Source of the DNA: Spirochaetia bacterium
GTDB taxonomy: Bacteria > Spirochaetota > Spirochaetia > WTKD01 > G963693115
Direction of reading: 5' to 3'
NCBI GenBank assembly: GCA_965226055.1
Contig: CBDDCA010000006.1
Coordinates: 384,001 to 448,000 of the forward strand
Length of the DNA stretch: 64,000 bases
Below are positions 1 to 9,579 of the stretch, piece after piece (the stretch's first letter is position 1; every line of letters begins with the position of its first letter). Made by a program: the position numbers and the translations under genes. The notes under the pieces are model-generated. The model made no database searches and was not told the DNA's origin. It saw only the letters and a program-made list of their open reading frames with translations.

Positions 1-50
1 AGTTTTGTAAAGAGCATCTCACATTTTTTAGTAGCCTCTGTTATATTCAT
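1..50 (-). CDS. 5' end of probable TRAP transporter small permease (runs off window)
   Basis: ATG at 50 with AGGTGA SD-like site; directly downstream of dctP; identity inferred from context only. Confidence 0.45.
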   Translation of the reverse strand, partial: MNITEATKKCEMLFTK

Positions 51-77
51 ATCACCTATTTACTTTTCAATATCTTA

Positions 78-1088
78 TTAATTTTTAATGGCTTCTTGGG
101 CTCTTTTTATGTCTTCTTGAGAAAAATATCCTTTTGCTACCAATTTATTCCATACAGGTTGTAGCATTTTTTTATACTCTTCTCTAATATCCCCTTCCAC
201 CATATTTACATTAGCAATCTGTGCCTCCAAGTTCTCAAGAGCAACTTCTTCTCCTGCAATTCTTAATTCATCACTTTTTATCATTGTGTCTCTTGCAACC
301 TCGTCAAATATATCTTTTAGATCCTGCGGAAGAGCATTATACCACGCTTTGTTCACCATAAATGGATCTGCACCATTGACATAATTGATAACAGTGAGAT
401 AATCAGTAACCTCTGCTACTTTCCATGTATCTAAATCTCCATTGCTACTACATGCTCCATCAATAACACCAGAACTCAATGCTAAATATACTTCTGAGCT
501 TGGCATTTCTTGTGGGTTTGCACCTAAGGCTTTATAGAATTCAATAATAGGAAATTGAGAGGGACTTCTAAAACTAATTCCCTTAAAATCACTAGGATTT
601 TCTAAGGCACGCTTTGTATTTACAATATTTCTAAAACCAGAACTTCCTACTGCAGGAACATAAACAGCACCACTTTCAGATGCCTTCTTATTTACCTCTT
701 TCATAAAATCGCTATTATTCAATTTTATAACTTCCTGTGCATCTGCAAATAAAAATGGTAAATTATATAAAAAATACTGCGGATTCAATAAATCATAATA
801 TGCTCCTCTATATCCATGAATGATACCTGTTGAAAGTTGATCAAACTGCTCTTTTTCGTTCCCTAGCACTCCACTATGATATATTTCAACCGTAATTCTT
901 CCGTCTGTTTTTTCTTCTAACTGTTCCTTAAAGTACATCATAGATTGAGTTCTTGGATGTGCTTCTGTCTGAGCATTTGAATACTTAAACACATAGCTAT
1001 CTTTATCATCTGATTCTGAACCACCATTTGCATATAGAGATATAGCCATTGCTATACATATCATAAAAACTAATAATACCTTTTTCAT
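78..1088 (-). CDS. dctP: TRAP transporter solute-binding protein (DctP family)
   Basis: Signal peptide ending ANGGSE; DctP motifs 'GRITVEIYHSGVLGNE', 'YKALGANP..M...EVY.AL..GVIDG'; AAGGAGG RBS. Confidence 0.9.
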   Translation of the reverse strand: MKKVLLVFMICIAMAISLYANGGSESDDKDSYVFKYSNAQTEAHPRTQSMMYFKEQLEEKTDGRITVEIYHSGVLGNEKEQFDQLSTGIIHGYRGAYYDLLNPQYFLYNLPFLFADAQEVIKLNNSDFMKEVNKKASESGAVYVPAVGSSGFRNIVNTKRALENPSDFKGISFRSPSQFPIIEFYKALGANPQEMPSSEVYLALSSGVIDGACSSNGDLDTWKVAEVTDYLTVINYVNGADPFMVNKAWYNALPQDLKDIFDEVARDTMIKSDELRIAGEEVALENLEAQIANVNMVEGDIREEYKKMLQPVWNKLVAKGYFSQEDIKRAQEAIKN

Positions 1089-1121
1089 ATAACCTCCTTT
1101 AGGTTTACTTGTTTATTCTTG

Positions 1122-2000
1122 TTATCTTTCACGAAATATTTTCTTAAAGACTTCTATAGATTCATTAAATCCATCAATATAGTTTCCTCCATGCGGTCTG
1201 TATACACTTTCAAAACTGATAACACCACTATAAGAATCTTTTCTTAAGGCATCTGCCAATGGCTCTAAATAGTGAGCCATATCCCCCTGCCCAAGCGGAC
1301 AACATCGTACTGTAGCCTGTGGAATATTGACTTTAACATCCTTTATATGAATATGCCCTAGAACATCCTTGATTTCCTGATATGCATCGGGAAATGGAAC
1401 ATCATTACAAAAAAGTGAGTTAGCAGGATCCCACATCACTTTGAGATTATTTGTTCCTAAATCTGTAATTAATTTTTTTGCCAAATACCCCGAAGTTACC
1501 ATAGCATTATTGCCTGTTTCAACCGCTAATGTCACCCCATGTTCCTCTGCATACCGTACAGGAACTTCCATTAATTGCAATAACTTATTCCAAGATGTAT
1601 TATTACCAGCATTCCATTCATCAGCCCCATCGTATCCATGAATAATCATTGTCTTAGCGAAACTCATAGTTCTAATTATTGGACACGAAAGAATGTCTGC
1701 AAAGTGGATCAGCTTTTTAAGATACTCCATCTGTACACGCATAAAATCAGAATCAACATCTACCGTTGCCACATTAGGTCCCTGAAACAAATGCCTCGTT
1801 AATGAACATACTTGCATATCAAAAGAATCCACCAATTTCTTTAGTGCATATATTTCCTCTTCTCTTTGATTTCCTATTTCACCATCTGGTTTGCTCCCAA
1901 TAAACTGTAGTTCAACCTGAGTGAGCTCATGTTGTTGCATTATTTCCAGAGCTTTTTTTATGTTATAATCTATTCCGTTTGTTATTACCCCTAACTTCAT
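1122..2000 (-). CDS. Sugar phosphate isomerase/epimerase (xylose isomerase-like TIM barrel)
   Basis: Metal-binding motifs 'LAVET', 'WDPAN', 'HIHIKD', 'SFES'; ATG at 2000 overlaps the upstream stop (TAATG). Confidence 0.8.
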   Translation of the reverse strand: MKLGVITNGIDYNIKKALEIMQQHELTQVELQFIGSKPDGEIGNQREEEIYALKKLVDSFDMQVCSLTRHLFQGPNVATVDVDSDFMRVQMEYLKKLIHFADILSCPIIRTMSFAKTMIIHGYDGADEWNAGNNTSWNKLLQLMEVPVRYAEEHGVTLAVETGNNAMVTSGYLAKKLITDLGTNNLKVMWDPANSLFCNDVPFPDAYQEIKDVLGHIHIKDVKVNIPQATVRCCPLGQGDMAHYLEPLADALRKDSYSGVISFESVYRPHGGNYIDGFNESIEVFKKIFRER

Positions 2001-2881
2001 TACCACTGAACCTCAGCTTTTGTAATTTGTTCTAAAAATTTTACAATAATCCAGTTATCTCCTTGAGGAAACATAGCACGAGCTGCTTCAAATAACTGAA
2101 ATGCTGTATTAGCAGTGAATACAGGCACTTTCATTTCTCTTGCTAACTGTGTCGATATTCCTAAATCTTTATGCATTGTATCAATATGACTCCCTGAGTT
2201 TTCAAACATTCTATCATTGATAAGTTTCATACAATTTTCCAGTATAGGAGATCGTACAGCACTAGTAGTGAACACATCAAACATCACCTTACCAGATACA
2301 CCAGCTTTCGCACCTAATGCCATTGCTTCAAATATACCAGCATAGCTTACTCCAATTAACACTTGAAGAGCAGCTTTCACTGTCTGTCCTAATCCTGCTT
2401 CTTCGCCTACACAGTGAATTGTACTTGATATAGCTTCTAAGAACTCTCTATTCTCTTCTATCACTTCTGATTTTGCTGCCACCATAAGTGTCAATGTTCC
2501 GTCTCTTGCACCGTTTAAGCCTCCGCTCACAGGAGAATCAATAATCTTAATAGCTCGAGACTGCACTTTTTCTGCCACTGACATAACTACTGAGGGCTCA
2601 ATAGTTGCAGTGATAATTATAGTCTGATGCGATTGCATAACCTGTACTAGCTCATCAACTATAGCATGAACCTGTTGTTTGTTCATCACCATAATAAAAA
2701 CAGTATCACACTTTGTAGCTAGCTCTTGTACTGTTGAAGCAACAATACCTCCATATGATTGAAATTCTGCAATACGTTCAGCTGATATATCAAAACCATA
2801 TGTTTCAAAATTGGCATTACATAAATTCTTAGCAATTCCTCCCCCCATATTCCCAAGTCCAATTACACCTACCTTCTTCAT
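2000..2881 (-). CDS. NAD(P)-dependent beta-hydroxyacid dehydrogenase (3-hydroxyisobutyrate/L-threonate dehydrogenase family)
   Basis: 'IGLGNMG' Rossmann motif, 'DSPVSGG', catalytic K in 'GQTVKA', 'HKDLG'. Confidence 0.85.
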   Translation of the reverse strand: MKKVGVIGLGNMGGGIAKNLCNANFETYGFDISAERIAEFQSYGGIVASTVQELATKCDTVFIMVMNKQQVHAIVDELVQVMQSHQTIIITATIEPSVVMSVAEKVQSRAIKIIDSPVSGGLNGARDGTLTLMVAAKSEVIEENREFLEAISSTIHCVGEEAGLGQTVKAALQVLIGVSYAGIFEAMALGAKAGVSGKVMFDVFTTSAVRSPILENCMKLINDRMFENSGSHIDTMHKDLGISTQLAREMKVPVFTANTAFQLFEAARAMFPQGDNWIIVKFLEQITKAEVQW

Positions 2882-2971
2882 ATAACCATTAGCACTCCTT
2901 TTTATATATATTTACTTAATAATACAGTGAATACACAATAACATCAATGTTAATAGCACATATACAATATA

Positions 2972-2996
2972 TGCTATAATAACCATATAATGGTTA
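2972..2996 (+). promoter_or_regulatory. Extended -10 (TGCTATAAT) followed by palindromic operator candidate TAACCAT-ata-ATGGTTA
   Basis: TGnTATAAT at 2972-2980; 7-bp inverted repeat 2980-2996 in the divergent gap before the regulator. Confidence 0.5.
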
Positions 2997-3036
2997 CTCA
3001 TAGATACCATACTTAATAGTACATACTAGCAATGCT

Positions 3037-3957
3037 TTGAAGAAATTAAAAAAAGAAATTATTGTTCAAGAAATATTTGCTATTCTCACCAAAAAATGCT
3101 TAGAGTCTAGTATTGGTGATACCGATAATGTGTACCTATCATTCAAGACCATTATAGAGCATCTCAATAGCAAATATAATATTGATTATCATTCTGAAGC
3201 ACATCTTTACCACCAATTAAAAAATTATGAAAAAGAGCATTCCATATATCTCTTTAGTAGAAAAGAAAATCATGGCATTATAGTATTGCTTCATCAATAC
3301 ACTACTTTTAAGAAACGCCTTTACTTAAACAAAAATATAAAAATTTTTCTTGCCAATGGATGTTTTGATATTATACAACAACTGAAAAATACACAAGATT
3401 TCCATATCTACCTTGGAACAGGCACCGAATGCTATTATGTAGCAAAACTTTTATTTGAAAAGTGGGACACAGACACCCTCCACATATATACACAAAATTT
3501 AGGCATTATACAATTATACTGTGAATCTGATTACAAACTCAATCATATTACCATACACACAAAAAACGGTACTATTGATAAAACTACTTTTACTCTCATA
3601 GACGAACAAAAAGATTATTTCTTAAGTACAAACTTTAATGCAATCATACAATCTCCAACATATATTATTGATACTGTCGGATATGTTGTATCCCATTTAG
3701 AAAGAAATATCAAAAAGAATGTCGCAAAAAAATCGAAAGGCAAAAAGATCATTCTTCTCACTTTATTTGAGTTTCTTACTCCTGATACATCAGAAAAAAA
3801 CGATTTACATGCATTTTGTAACATTGCAGAATATGACTATGCTATCACTCCACCAAAAAATATCAATCAACAAATTCACGATATTTATATTAAAAATCTT
3901 CCCCTTGAAGAATATATCAATTACTTTTCATATACAATATATAAAATAAAGAAATAA
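3037..3957 (+). CDS. Divergent DeoR/GlpR-like transcriptional regulator
   Basis: 'KKRLYLNKNIKIFLA...IYLGTGTECYYVA...IYTQNL' resembles the DeoR C-terminal sugar-phosphate domain; divergent from a catabolic operon. Confidence 0.55.
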   Translation: MKKLKKEIIVQEIFAILTKKCLESSIGDTDNVYLSFKTIIEHLNSKYNIDYHSEAHLYHQLKNYEKEHSIYLFSRKENHGIIVLLHQYTTFKKRLYLNKNIKIFLANGCFDIIQQLKNTQDFHIYLGTGTECYYVAKLLFEKWDTDTLHIYTQNLGIIQLYCESDYKLNHITIHTKNGTIDKTTFTLIDEQKDYFLSTNFNAIIQSPTYIIDTVGYVVSHLERNIKKNVAKKSKGKKIILLTLFEFLTPDTSEKNDLHAFCNIAEYDYAITPPKNINQQIHDIYIKNLPLEEYINYFSYTIYKIKK

Positions 3958-4005
3958 TATCTCAGCATATTCTTTTTCTTCATTAAATACATACGTATAC
4001 TCTAT

Positions 4006-5040
4006 TTACTTTCCTTTATTCTGTAGTATAGGGATATTATTTTCCTTGCTTACCGAATGAGAAGAACCTCGTGATGTTGCAGAAGGTAACGATTTTTTTG
4101 CATGTGCCCCAAGTGTATGAACAAACGACTTCCCTTCCATTACTCCTGAATATCCTGTAACTGCAGACATCACAAGGCTTGTCATCTGTTGTAGAAGAGC
4201 TGAACCTGTAGATATTCCTGGCATAAACGCTTGAATAATCGTTCCTGATTGAAGTATTAAGTACAATCCTAACACTATATGGATAGTCATATATAACAGT
4301 AACGAAAAAGTGATTTCATCAGCAACGATAGATTCAGTGATAACTTTCTTAAAACTTTCAATAACAAGCCCAGTAACCAATGATATACTGAGTATCCGTA
4401 TTCCTTGAAAAAAAGTAACTGATAGAGCTTTACTTCCAAGAAACCGTGTATGATCATAAATATTAAAAGGAATCAACAATATTGCAAGTACCATAATAAA
4501 ATAAAATTCTATTTTAACAAGACATAACAAGATAACAATAACACCAATACTTATAGTAAAACAGAGTAACGCAACAACCAATAATAACAATGGCACTATT
4601 ACTGTCATTATATTCCATATACTAATATCTACTATTTCTTTAATTTCTGCAATAAAATGAACAAATACTGTTTTATAGGCAAAATCAAAAAGCTCAAAAG
4701 GATTCTGCAAATAATTAAAGTTATAAGAATGTATATTTCCACTCATTTGCTGTAATGTATCAGTAAAGATAAGTGCAAGCGAATCTAAATTTTGTGCTAT
4801 ATAAATCCAAGCTCCCAAGAAGAGTATTTTCTTTACAATGCTTGCTAGTGTCATATATTCACCGAGCATCATTTTAATGCCAATAAATATAATTTCAAAT
4901 AAAAGGCATGCCCATAATATTACATTTGCCATATTATGGGCATTTGTAAAATATGACTGCAATGTGTCTGTATAAAATTCAAGTGAATCATAGAGCTTAT
5001 CAAGCCCCAGATGCTGTATAGCAATATTTTCTTTTTCCAT
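4006..5040 (-). CDS. trbL: Type IV secretion inner-membrane protein TrbL/VirB6
   Basis: Polytopic; 'IEFY......LLIPF....TRFLG.KA' TrbL motif; last gene of the trb cluster. Confidence 0.8.
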   Translation of the reverse strand: MEKENIAIQHLGLDKLYDSLEFYTDTLQSYFTNAHNMANVILWACLLFEIIFIGIKMMLGEYMTLASIVKKILFLGAWIYIAQNLDSLALIFTDTLQQMSGNIHSYNFNYLQNPFELFDFAYKTVFVHFIAEIKEIVDISIWNIMTVIVPLLLLVVALLCFTISIGVIVILLCLVKIEFYFIMVLAILLIPFNIYDHTRFLGSKALSVTFFQGIRILSISLVTGLVIESFKKVITESIVADEITFSLLLYMTIHIVLGLYLILQSGTIIQAFMPGISTGSALLQQMTSLVMSAVTGYSGVMEGKSFVHTLGAHAKKSLPSATSRGSSHSVSKENNIPILQNKGK

Positions 5041-5046
5041 ATGTAT

Positions 5047-5688
5047 TTATTGAATTCCCCAAAAAGCCTCTGCTTTCTCTTTTGTAAGCACTCGTTCTGC
5101 TTCACGCAACTGTGCCTCAAGTGCTTCACCTTTTTGTAACACTCTTGTTTCATATACCATTTGAGATAACTGCTTATTTGCCTCTAATAAACTGACATTT
5201 AATAATTGAATCTGTTCCATCACAGAATCTTCTGCTTCTACTTTTTCTTGTATCCATGTATACATGTCATGCTGCTGTACTATTGGCTGGGTGATATTCT
5301 CTGCTATTTTCGCGATTTGTAAATCGTGTATTACAGTACGCATATTTTCCAAGCTCTTCTGTTTTAAGGAAGAAGAAATATCACTTTGTATAATAGCAAT
5401 ATTATCTTGTAAAAATGAATCTAACTCAAGCATTTTTACAACTTCTTTTACTATAGTATCTTTCAGTGAATGCATACTTTCGTCTATTGTATCTTTTAGA
5501 ATACCAGTATCAAATTGCTTATATGTGTTTATAAGAAATTCAAACTCCTTATTGAGATTCTCTATCTGTAACACTTGATTATTTATCATAGTAATGAGAT
5601 ATGCAATCTCATTACCAATACTTTGTGACCAAGCCCCATATGTACTGGTACAAAATAACAATATGCTTACTATATACTTGTATTTCAT
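5047..5688 (-). CDS. TrbJ/VirB5-like secreted helical protein
   Basis: Signal peptide, 'INNQVLQIEN', C-terminal 'QIQLLN......QLSQM'; lies between trbE and trbL. Confidence 0.6.
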   Translation of the reverse strand: MKYKYIVSILLFCTSTYGAWSQSIGNEIAYLITMINNQVLQIENLNKEFEFLINTYKQFDTGILKDTIDESMHSLKDTIVKEVVKMLELDSFLQDNIAIIQSDISSSLKQKSLENMRTVIHDLQIAKIAENITQPIVQQHDMYTWIQEKVEAEDSVMEQIQLLNVSLLEANKQLSQMVYETRVLQKGEALEAQLREAERVLTKEKAEAFWGIQ

Positions 5689-5706
5689 ATACTATCCTTA
5701 TAATTA

Positions 5707-7995
5707 CTATGTATCAATAGATGATGATAACAGCCTAAGCATTTCATCATTAATATCTAACGAAAATAACGCACGCTTATTTGATGAGCATATATAATAT
5801 TCTTTCTTAGGAATTGCTCCTGCTATTGTGCTTATTTCAGTCTCATTTAAGCCAAACTTTGTATACATGCTTCGCATCTGATTATTTGTAGCAGATATAT
5901 CTGGCAAGAAAATTTTGCTATGACATGCACTCATGATAGTATCTATAAGCTGAGAATTAACAACATCTGCCAATTCCTGTGTAGCAAGAATAACAAACAC
6001 ATGTTTTTTACGCAATGTTTTTAGCCATGTACGAAACCGTTCAGCAAAATATGCATTCTTTAAGAACAACCATCCCTCATCAATTATAAGCAAAGTAGGA
6101 TGCCCATCAAAATGCATCTCAATACTGTAAAACAAAAATAACAAAGCTGGTATCAATGCTTTTTCTCCCATATCCATGAGAATACTCATTTCAATAAACA
6201 ACCACCGTGCATTATAATCATCGTTCATAACACCATCAAACACTGTACCATAGATACCATCTTTTGTATATTTTTCAAATATTCTTTTTATCGAAAAAAA
6301 CTGGAGCAGATCCTTAAATGTGGACATAGTTCTTTGCTGCTTCTCAACAGTACCAAGAATTTCTAAAGAACGTTTTAAGTCATCAATTTCATCCACTGAT
6401 ACCTCATGATTATTTACATAGAGTAATTGCTCACAAAACTGCAAGCCCCAATTTCTTTCTTTAGCAATATCCATATAACAAAAGGGTTGAAAACTCATAG
6501 AGCTATCTTTCGCTCCAGGAACATATATTTCTCCGTTTACATTTTTACTTATTTGAAGTGCAGAAAAATCTTTATCAAAAATAATTACCTGTGCATGACT
6601 ATATCGTAAAAATTGCAATGCTAACATACCCAACAAAGTAGATTTTCCAGCACCTGTGGGACCTACAATTAAACTATGTCCTACATCTTGTACATTTAAG
6701 TTTAGATAGAACACATTTTGTTGTGAGTTCGCAATCATATGTGCATGAGAATTATCTGCTATCTTTTGCATAAAATCATTGTCTTTATTACCATTCCAAA
6801 GCGATGACAGTGGTAATAAATGAGCAAAATTAACTGTATGCATCAAAAATTTTCTTGTATTTGCATATACTTGTCCAGGTAAAGACGATAACCATGCCTC
6901 CATAACATTTATGCTTTCTTCTCTCACTATAAACCCTTTTTTCTGAAACACTTGCTTTATTCCATCCACTTTCTTTTCCAGCGTATCTTTCTCTGTATCC
7001 CTTACAATTATTACACTCGTAAGCAATCCAAAATGCACAGTCCCTTCTCCTAAAAGCTGTAATGCTTCATCTGCATTCATTGCTTTTGTAACTGCTTCGG
7101 TATTCTCTAATGCTCCTTCTCCACTTTGCTGTTCTTGTATAACCTGCATAGTACTTTTTCTCTGTGAATAATACTTTCTACGCACTTGTTTAATCTTTGC
7201 CAATGTATGCTCTTCATCCATACATATAAACCTTTGTTGCCACCGAAAATCAATATTCATAGTTTGTAGTTCATCCAGTATATTAGCATGAGTAAAGTGA
7301 GGAAAATCATTTACTGATATAACAGAATAAAATGTATCTCCTATAAGAAAATTTTCTTCAATACTTACTGATTCATCTACAAGATACTCGTCAATATCAA
7401 TTCCTTCTGGTGGCACCAATACCTTATGGCAAGTATTTGAAATACATGAATGAAGATATGTAAGCAAAGATGAATCACGTAAAAGTGTTATAGATGAAAA
7501 ACAGTCTTGCAGTAAGCCTTTCATCTCATACACTTGTTTTAGAAACTCTTGTAAAGAATCTTCTAAGGAAAAGGAATCAGTATTAAAATACTGAGACATC
7601 TTTTTTCTATTCTGTTGTTGAAAACAAAAAGTAATATAGTATTCCATACAATACAAAGGATTTTTTTCAAAATACTTTTTCCTTTCGTATTCCATTGTTT
7701 GTGCTACAGCAACATCCCAATTATCTTGAAATTCTAGTACTGTTTTTTCTCTTCTAGATTCAAAAAAAACAGACCATCCTATACCAAAACGTATCATTAC
7801 ATTATTGATTGCCGCTACAACACCATCCACTTGTTCACTTGTACAATAGCTAAGATTCATAGGATGCACCACAAATGTACTTTGAAATACACAGTCTTTC
7901 TGCATAACTACTTCAGGAGCAACCAAACAGCACCATGGTATAAAATCATGAAGATAATGCTGTTTATGGGCATGTTTCAATCTTAAATTTAGCAT
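5707..7995 (-). CDS. trbE: Type IV secretion ATPase TrbE/VirB4
   Basis: 'DVGHSLIVGPTGAGKST' Walker A, 'LLIIDEGWLFL' Walker B, 'WLKTLRKK', 'AWLSSLPG'. Confidence 0.93.
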   Translation of the reverse strand: MLNLRLKHAHKQHYLHDFIPWCCLVAPEVVMQKDCVFQSTFVVHPMNLSYCTSEQVDGVVAAINNVMIRFGIGWSVFFESRREKTVLEFQDNWDVAVAQTMEYERKKYFEKNPLYCMEYYITFCFQQQNRKKMSQYFNTDSFSLEDSLQEFLKQVYEMKGLLQDCFSSITLLRDSSLLTYLHSCISNTCHKVLVPPEGIDIDEYLVDESVSIEENFLIGDTFYSVISVNDFPHFTHANILDELQTMNIDFRWQQRFICMDEEHTLAKIKQVRRKYYSQRKSTMQVIQEQQSGEGALENTEAVTKAMNADEALQLLGEGTVHFGLLTSVIIVRDTEKDTLEKKVDGIKQVFQKKGFIVREESINVMEAWLSSLPGQVYANTRKFLMHTVNFAHLLPLSSLWNGNKDNDFMQKIADNSHAHMIANSQQNVFYLNLNVQDVGHSLIVGPTGAGKSTLLGMLALQFLRYSHAQVIIFDKDFSALQISKNVNGEIYVPGAKDSSMSFQPFCYMDIAKERNWGLQFCEQLLYVNNHEVSVDEIDDLKRSLEILGTVEKQQRTMSTFKDLLQFFSIKRIFEKYTKDGIYGTVFDGVMNDDYNARWLFIEMSILMDMGEKALIPALLFLFYSIEMHFDGHPTLLIIDEGWLFLKNAYFAERFRTWLKTLRKKHVFVILATQELADVVNSQLIDTIMSACHSKIFLPDISATNNQMRSMYTKFGLNETEISTIAGAIPKKEYYICSSNKRALFSLDINDEMLRLLSSSIDT

Positions 7996-8225
7996 ACAAA
8001 ATAATTAGGGTATCTAATTGCTTTCATAGCAACATCAAAAAAATGAATATCTGATTTTGTAAAAGCAATACATATAGTATGTAAAACAATGCCTAAGGGG
8101 AATACCCACCACTGTCCTGCAGCTAAAACACTTACCAACACAGAGAACCAAATAAAATAACATGCCTTCTCATGTATCCCTGCAATAACCACAGGGTATA
8201 ATAAGGATTTATATACACGTGTCAT
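7989..8225 (-). CDS. trbD: TrbD/VirB3 small membrane protein
   Basis: 'VYKSLLYP..IAG', two TM segments, 'KSD..FF'; between pilin and VirB4; ATG 8225 with GAGGTG RBS. Confidence 0.8.
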   Translation of the reverse strand: MTRVYKSLLYPVVIAGIHEKACYFIWFSVLVSVLAAGQWWVFPLGIVLHTICIAFTKSDIHFFDVAMKAIRYPNYFVC

Positions 8226-8240
8226 ATTCACCTCTCACAT

Positions 8241-8555
8241 CTAAGGTAACAGCAACCCTGCACCGGAATTAAACAACAAGGACAATACGCGAGGAGCATT
8301 CATCGCTATTCCTATGCCCATGACTATAAAAAATATCTTTTGCTTTGAAGCTCCTCCATCTGAAGCAGCTAACATTATTCCTGCACCTGCAATCAAAATG
8401 ATGCCAATAATCATAACCGTCTTCCCAGTAAGAGCTTTTTGTATTTTTTCAAGAGGAGAATCCCATGGCATTTCCTCTCCTGAACCAGAAACCGCCCATA
8501 CAGACGCTAATGATAGAAACAATAAAACAAAGCAACATAGTATTGTTTTTTTCAT
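8241..8555 (-). CDS. trbC: TrbC/VirB2 pilin
   Basis: Signal peptide, 'MPWDSPLEKI..ALTG' TrbC motif, two hydrophobic helices; AGGAGG RBS. Confidence 0.85.
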   Translation of the reverse strand: MKKTILCCFVLLFLSLASVWAVSGSGEEMPWDSPLEKIQKALTGKTVMIIGIILIAGAGIMLAASDGGASKQKIFFIVMGIGIAMNAPRVLSLLFNSGAGLLLP

Positions 8556-9478
8556 ATAACCTCCTTAGTTATAAATGATTGATTTGAATATTCCAATATT
8601 TCTTTTATTTCAAGTACCTTTCGTGTAGATTTTCTTCTTCCAACATATACGCAAATATCTATAATTTCTGCAATCAATGCCCTTGGTGCTTCCTCTATCC
8701 TCTCTTCTATCAGTTGTGCAAGTCGTTCAAGAGCAGCCACCGCAGAGTTTGCATGCAATGTACTTATCCCTCCATTATGCCCTGTATTCCATGCTTTCAA
8801 TAAATCTAATGCTGCCGAATCTCGTAATTCTCCAATAATAATTCTATCTGGGCGCATTCGTAACACATCTTTAATAGCATTTGTATAGGAATACTCTTTA
8901 CTTGTTAAAAGACGAAACCCGTTTGCTGGATTACAATATAGCTCTGGGGTATCTTCAATAATCACTATACGTTCTTCCTCAAGCACACTATCAGAAAGTA
9001 ATGCATTTACAAGTGTAGTTTTTCCTGAACCTGTACCTCCTGCTATCAAAATATTCTTTTTAAGAGCCACACTGTTTTGTAAATACTGCTTCTGTGCATC
9101 ACTCATAGTATTACATGCCACTAAATCATCAATACTCATGGTGTACTTTCGTTGTTTTCTAATACAAAAAACAGGAAATTCTGATGCAGGAGGGATAATA
9201 CCTTGAAAGCGAAATCCATAGGGACCTACTTTTGCAGAAACAGAAGGAGATTGAGTGTTTACATAAAAATTATTATTACTAGCAATCACTCGTATAATAG
9301 ATTCAATTTGCATACCAGAAAGATATGTTTCTGTTTCTTGCAATATATTTTCTTTTTCAACAAGCACCGCACCTTTTTTATTCACCATAATCTCAGTGAT
9401 AACATCGTCTACAAGGTACTGTGTTATTGGCTGTAAAACTACATCTTGAAAATTATTATTCTGTATTTCACCCATCAA
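8552..9478 (-). CDS. trbB: Conjugative-type ATPase TrbB/VirB11
   Basis: 'GGTGSGKTT', 'IEDTPEL', 'LRMRPDRIIIGELRD', 'WNTGHNGGISTLHANS'. Confidence 0.92.
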   Translation of the reverse strand: MMGEIQNNNFQDVVLQPITQYLVDDVITEIMVNKKGAVLVEKENILQETETYLSGMQIESIIRVIASNNNFYVNTQSPSVSAKVGPYGFRFQGIIPPASEFPVFCIRKQRKYTMSIDDLVACNTMSDAQKQYLQNSVALKKNILIAGGTGSGKTTLVNALLSDSVLEEERIVIIEDTPELYCNPANGFRLLTSKEYSYTNAIKDVLRMRPDRIIIGELRDSAALDLLKAWNTGHNGGISTLHANSAVAALERLAQLIEERIEEAPRALIAEIIDICVYVGRRKSTRKVLEIKEILEYSNQSFITKEVI

Positions 9479-9579
9479 TTAGTAGTACTTCATCTACAGA
9501 GTTTTGCTTGAAGAAACTATACTATTTTACTCCATAATTACAGATTACTGTGTCTAAACAAGATATGAAGGACAATACT

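Noticed and set aside
4006-9478. Complete ICE or conjugative element
   Set aside because: No integrase, relaxase, coupling protein, core-complex genes or att repeats in the window
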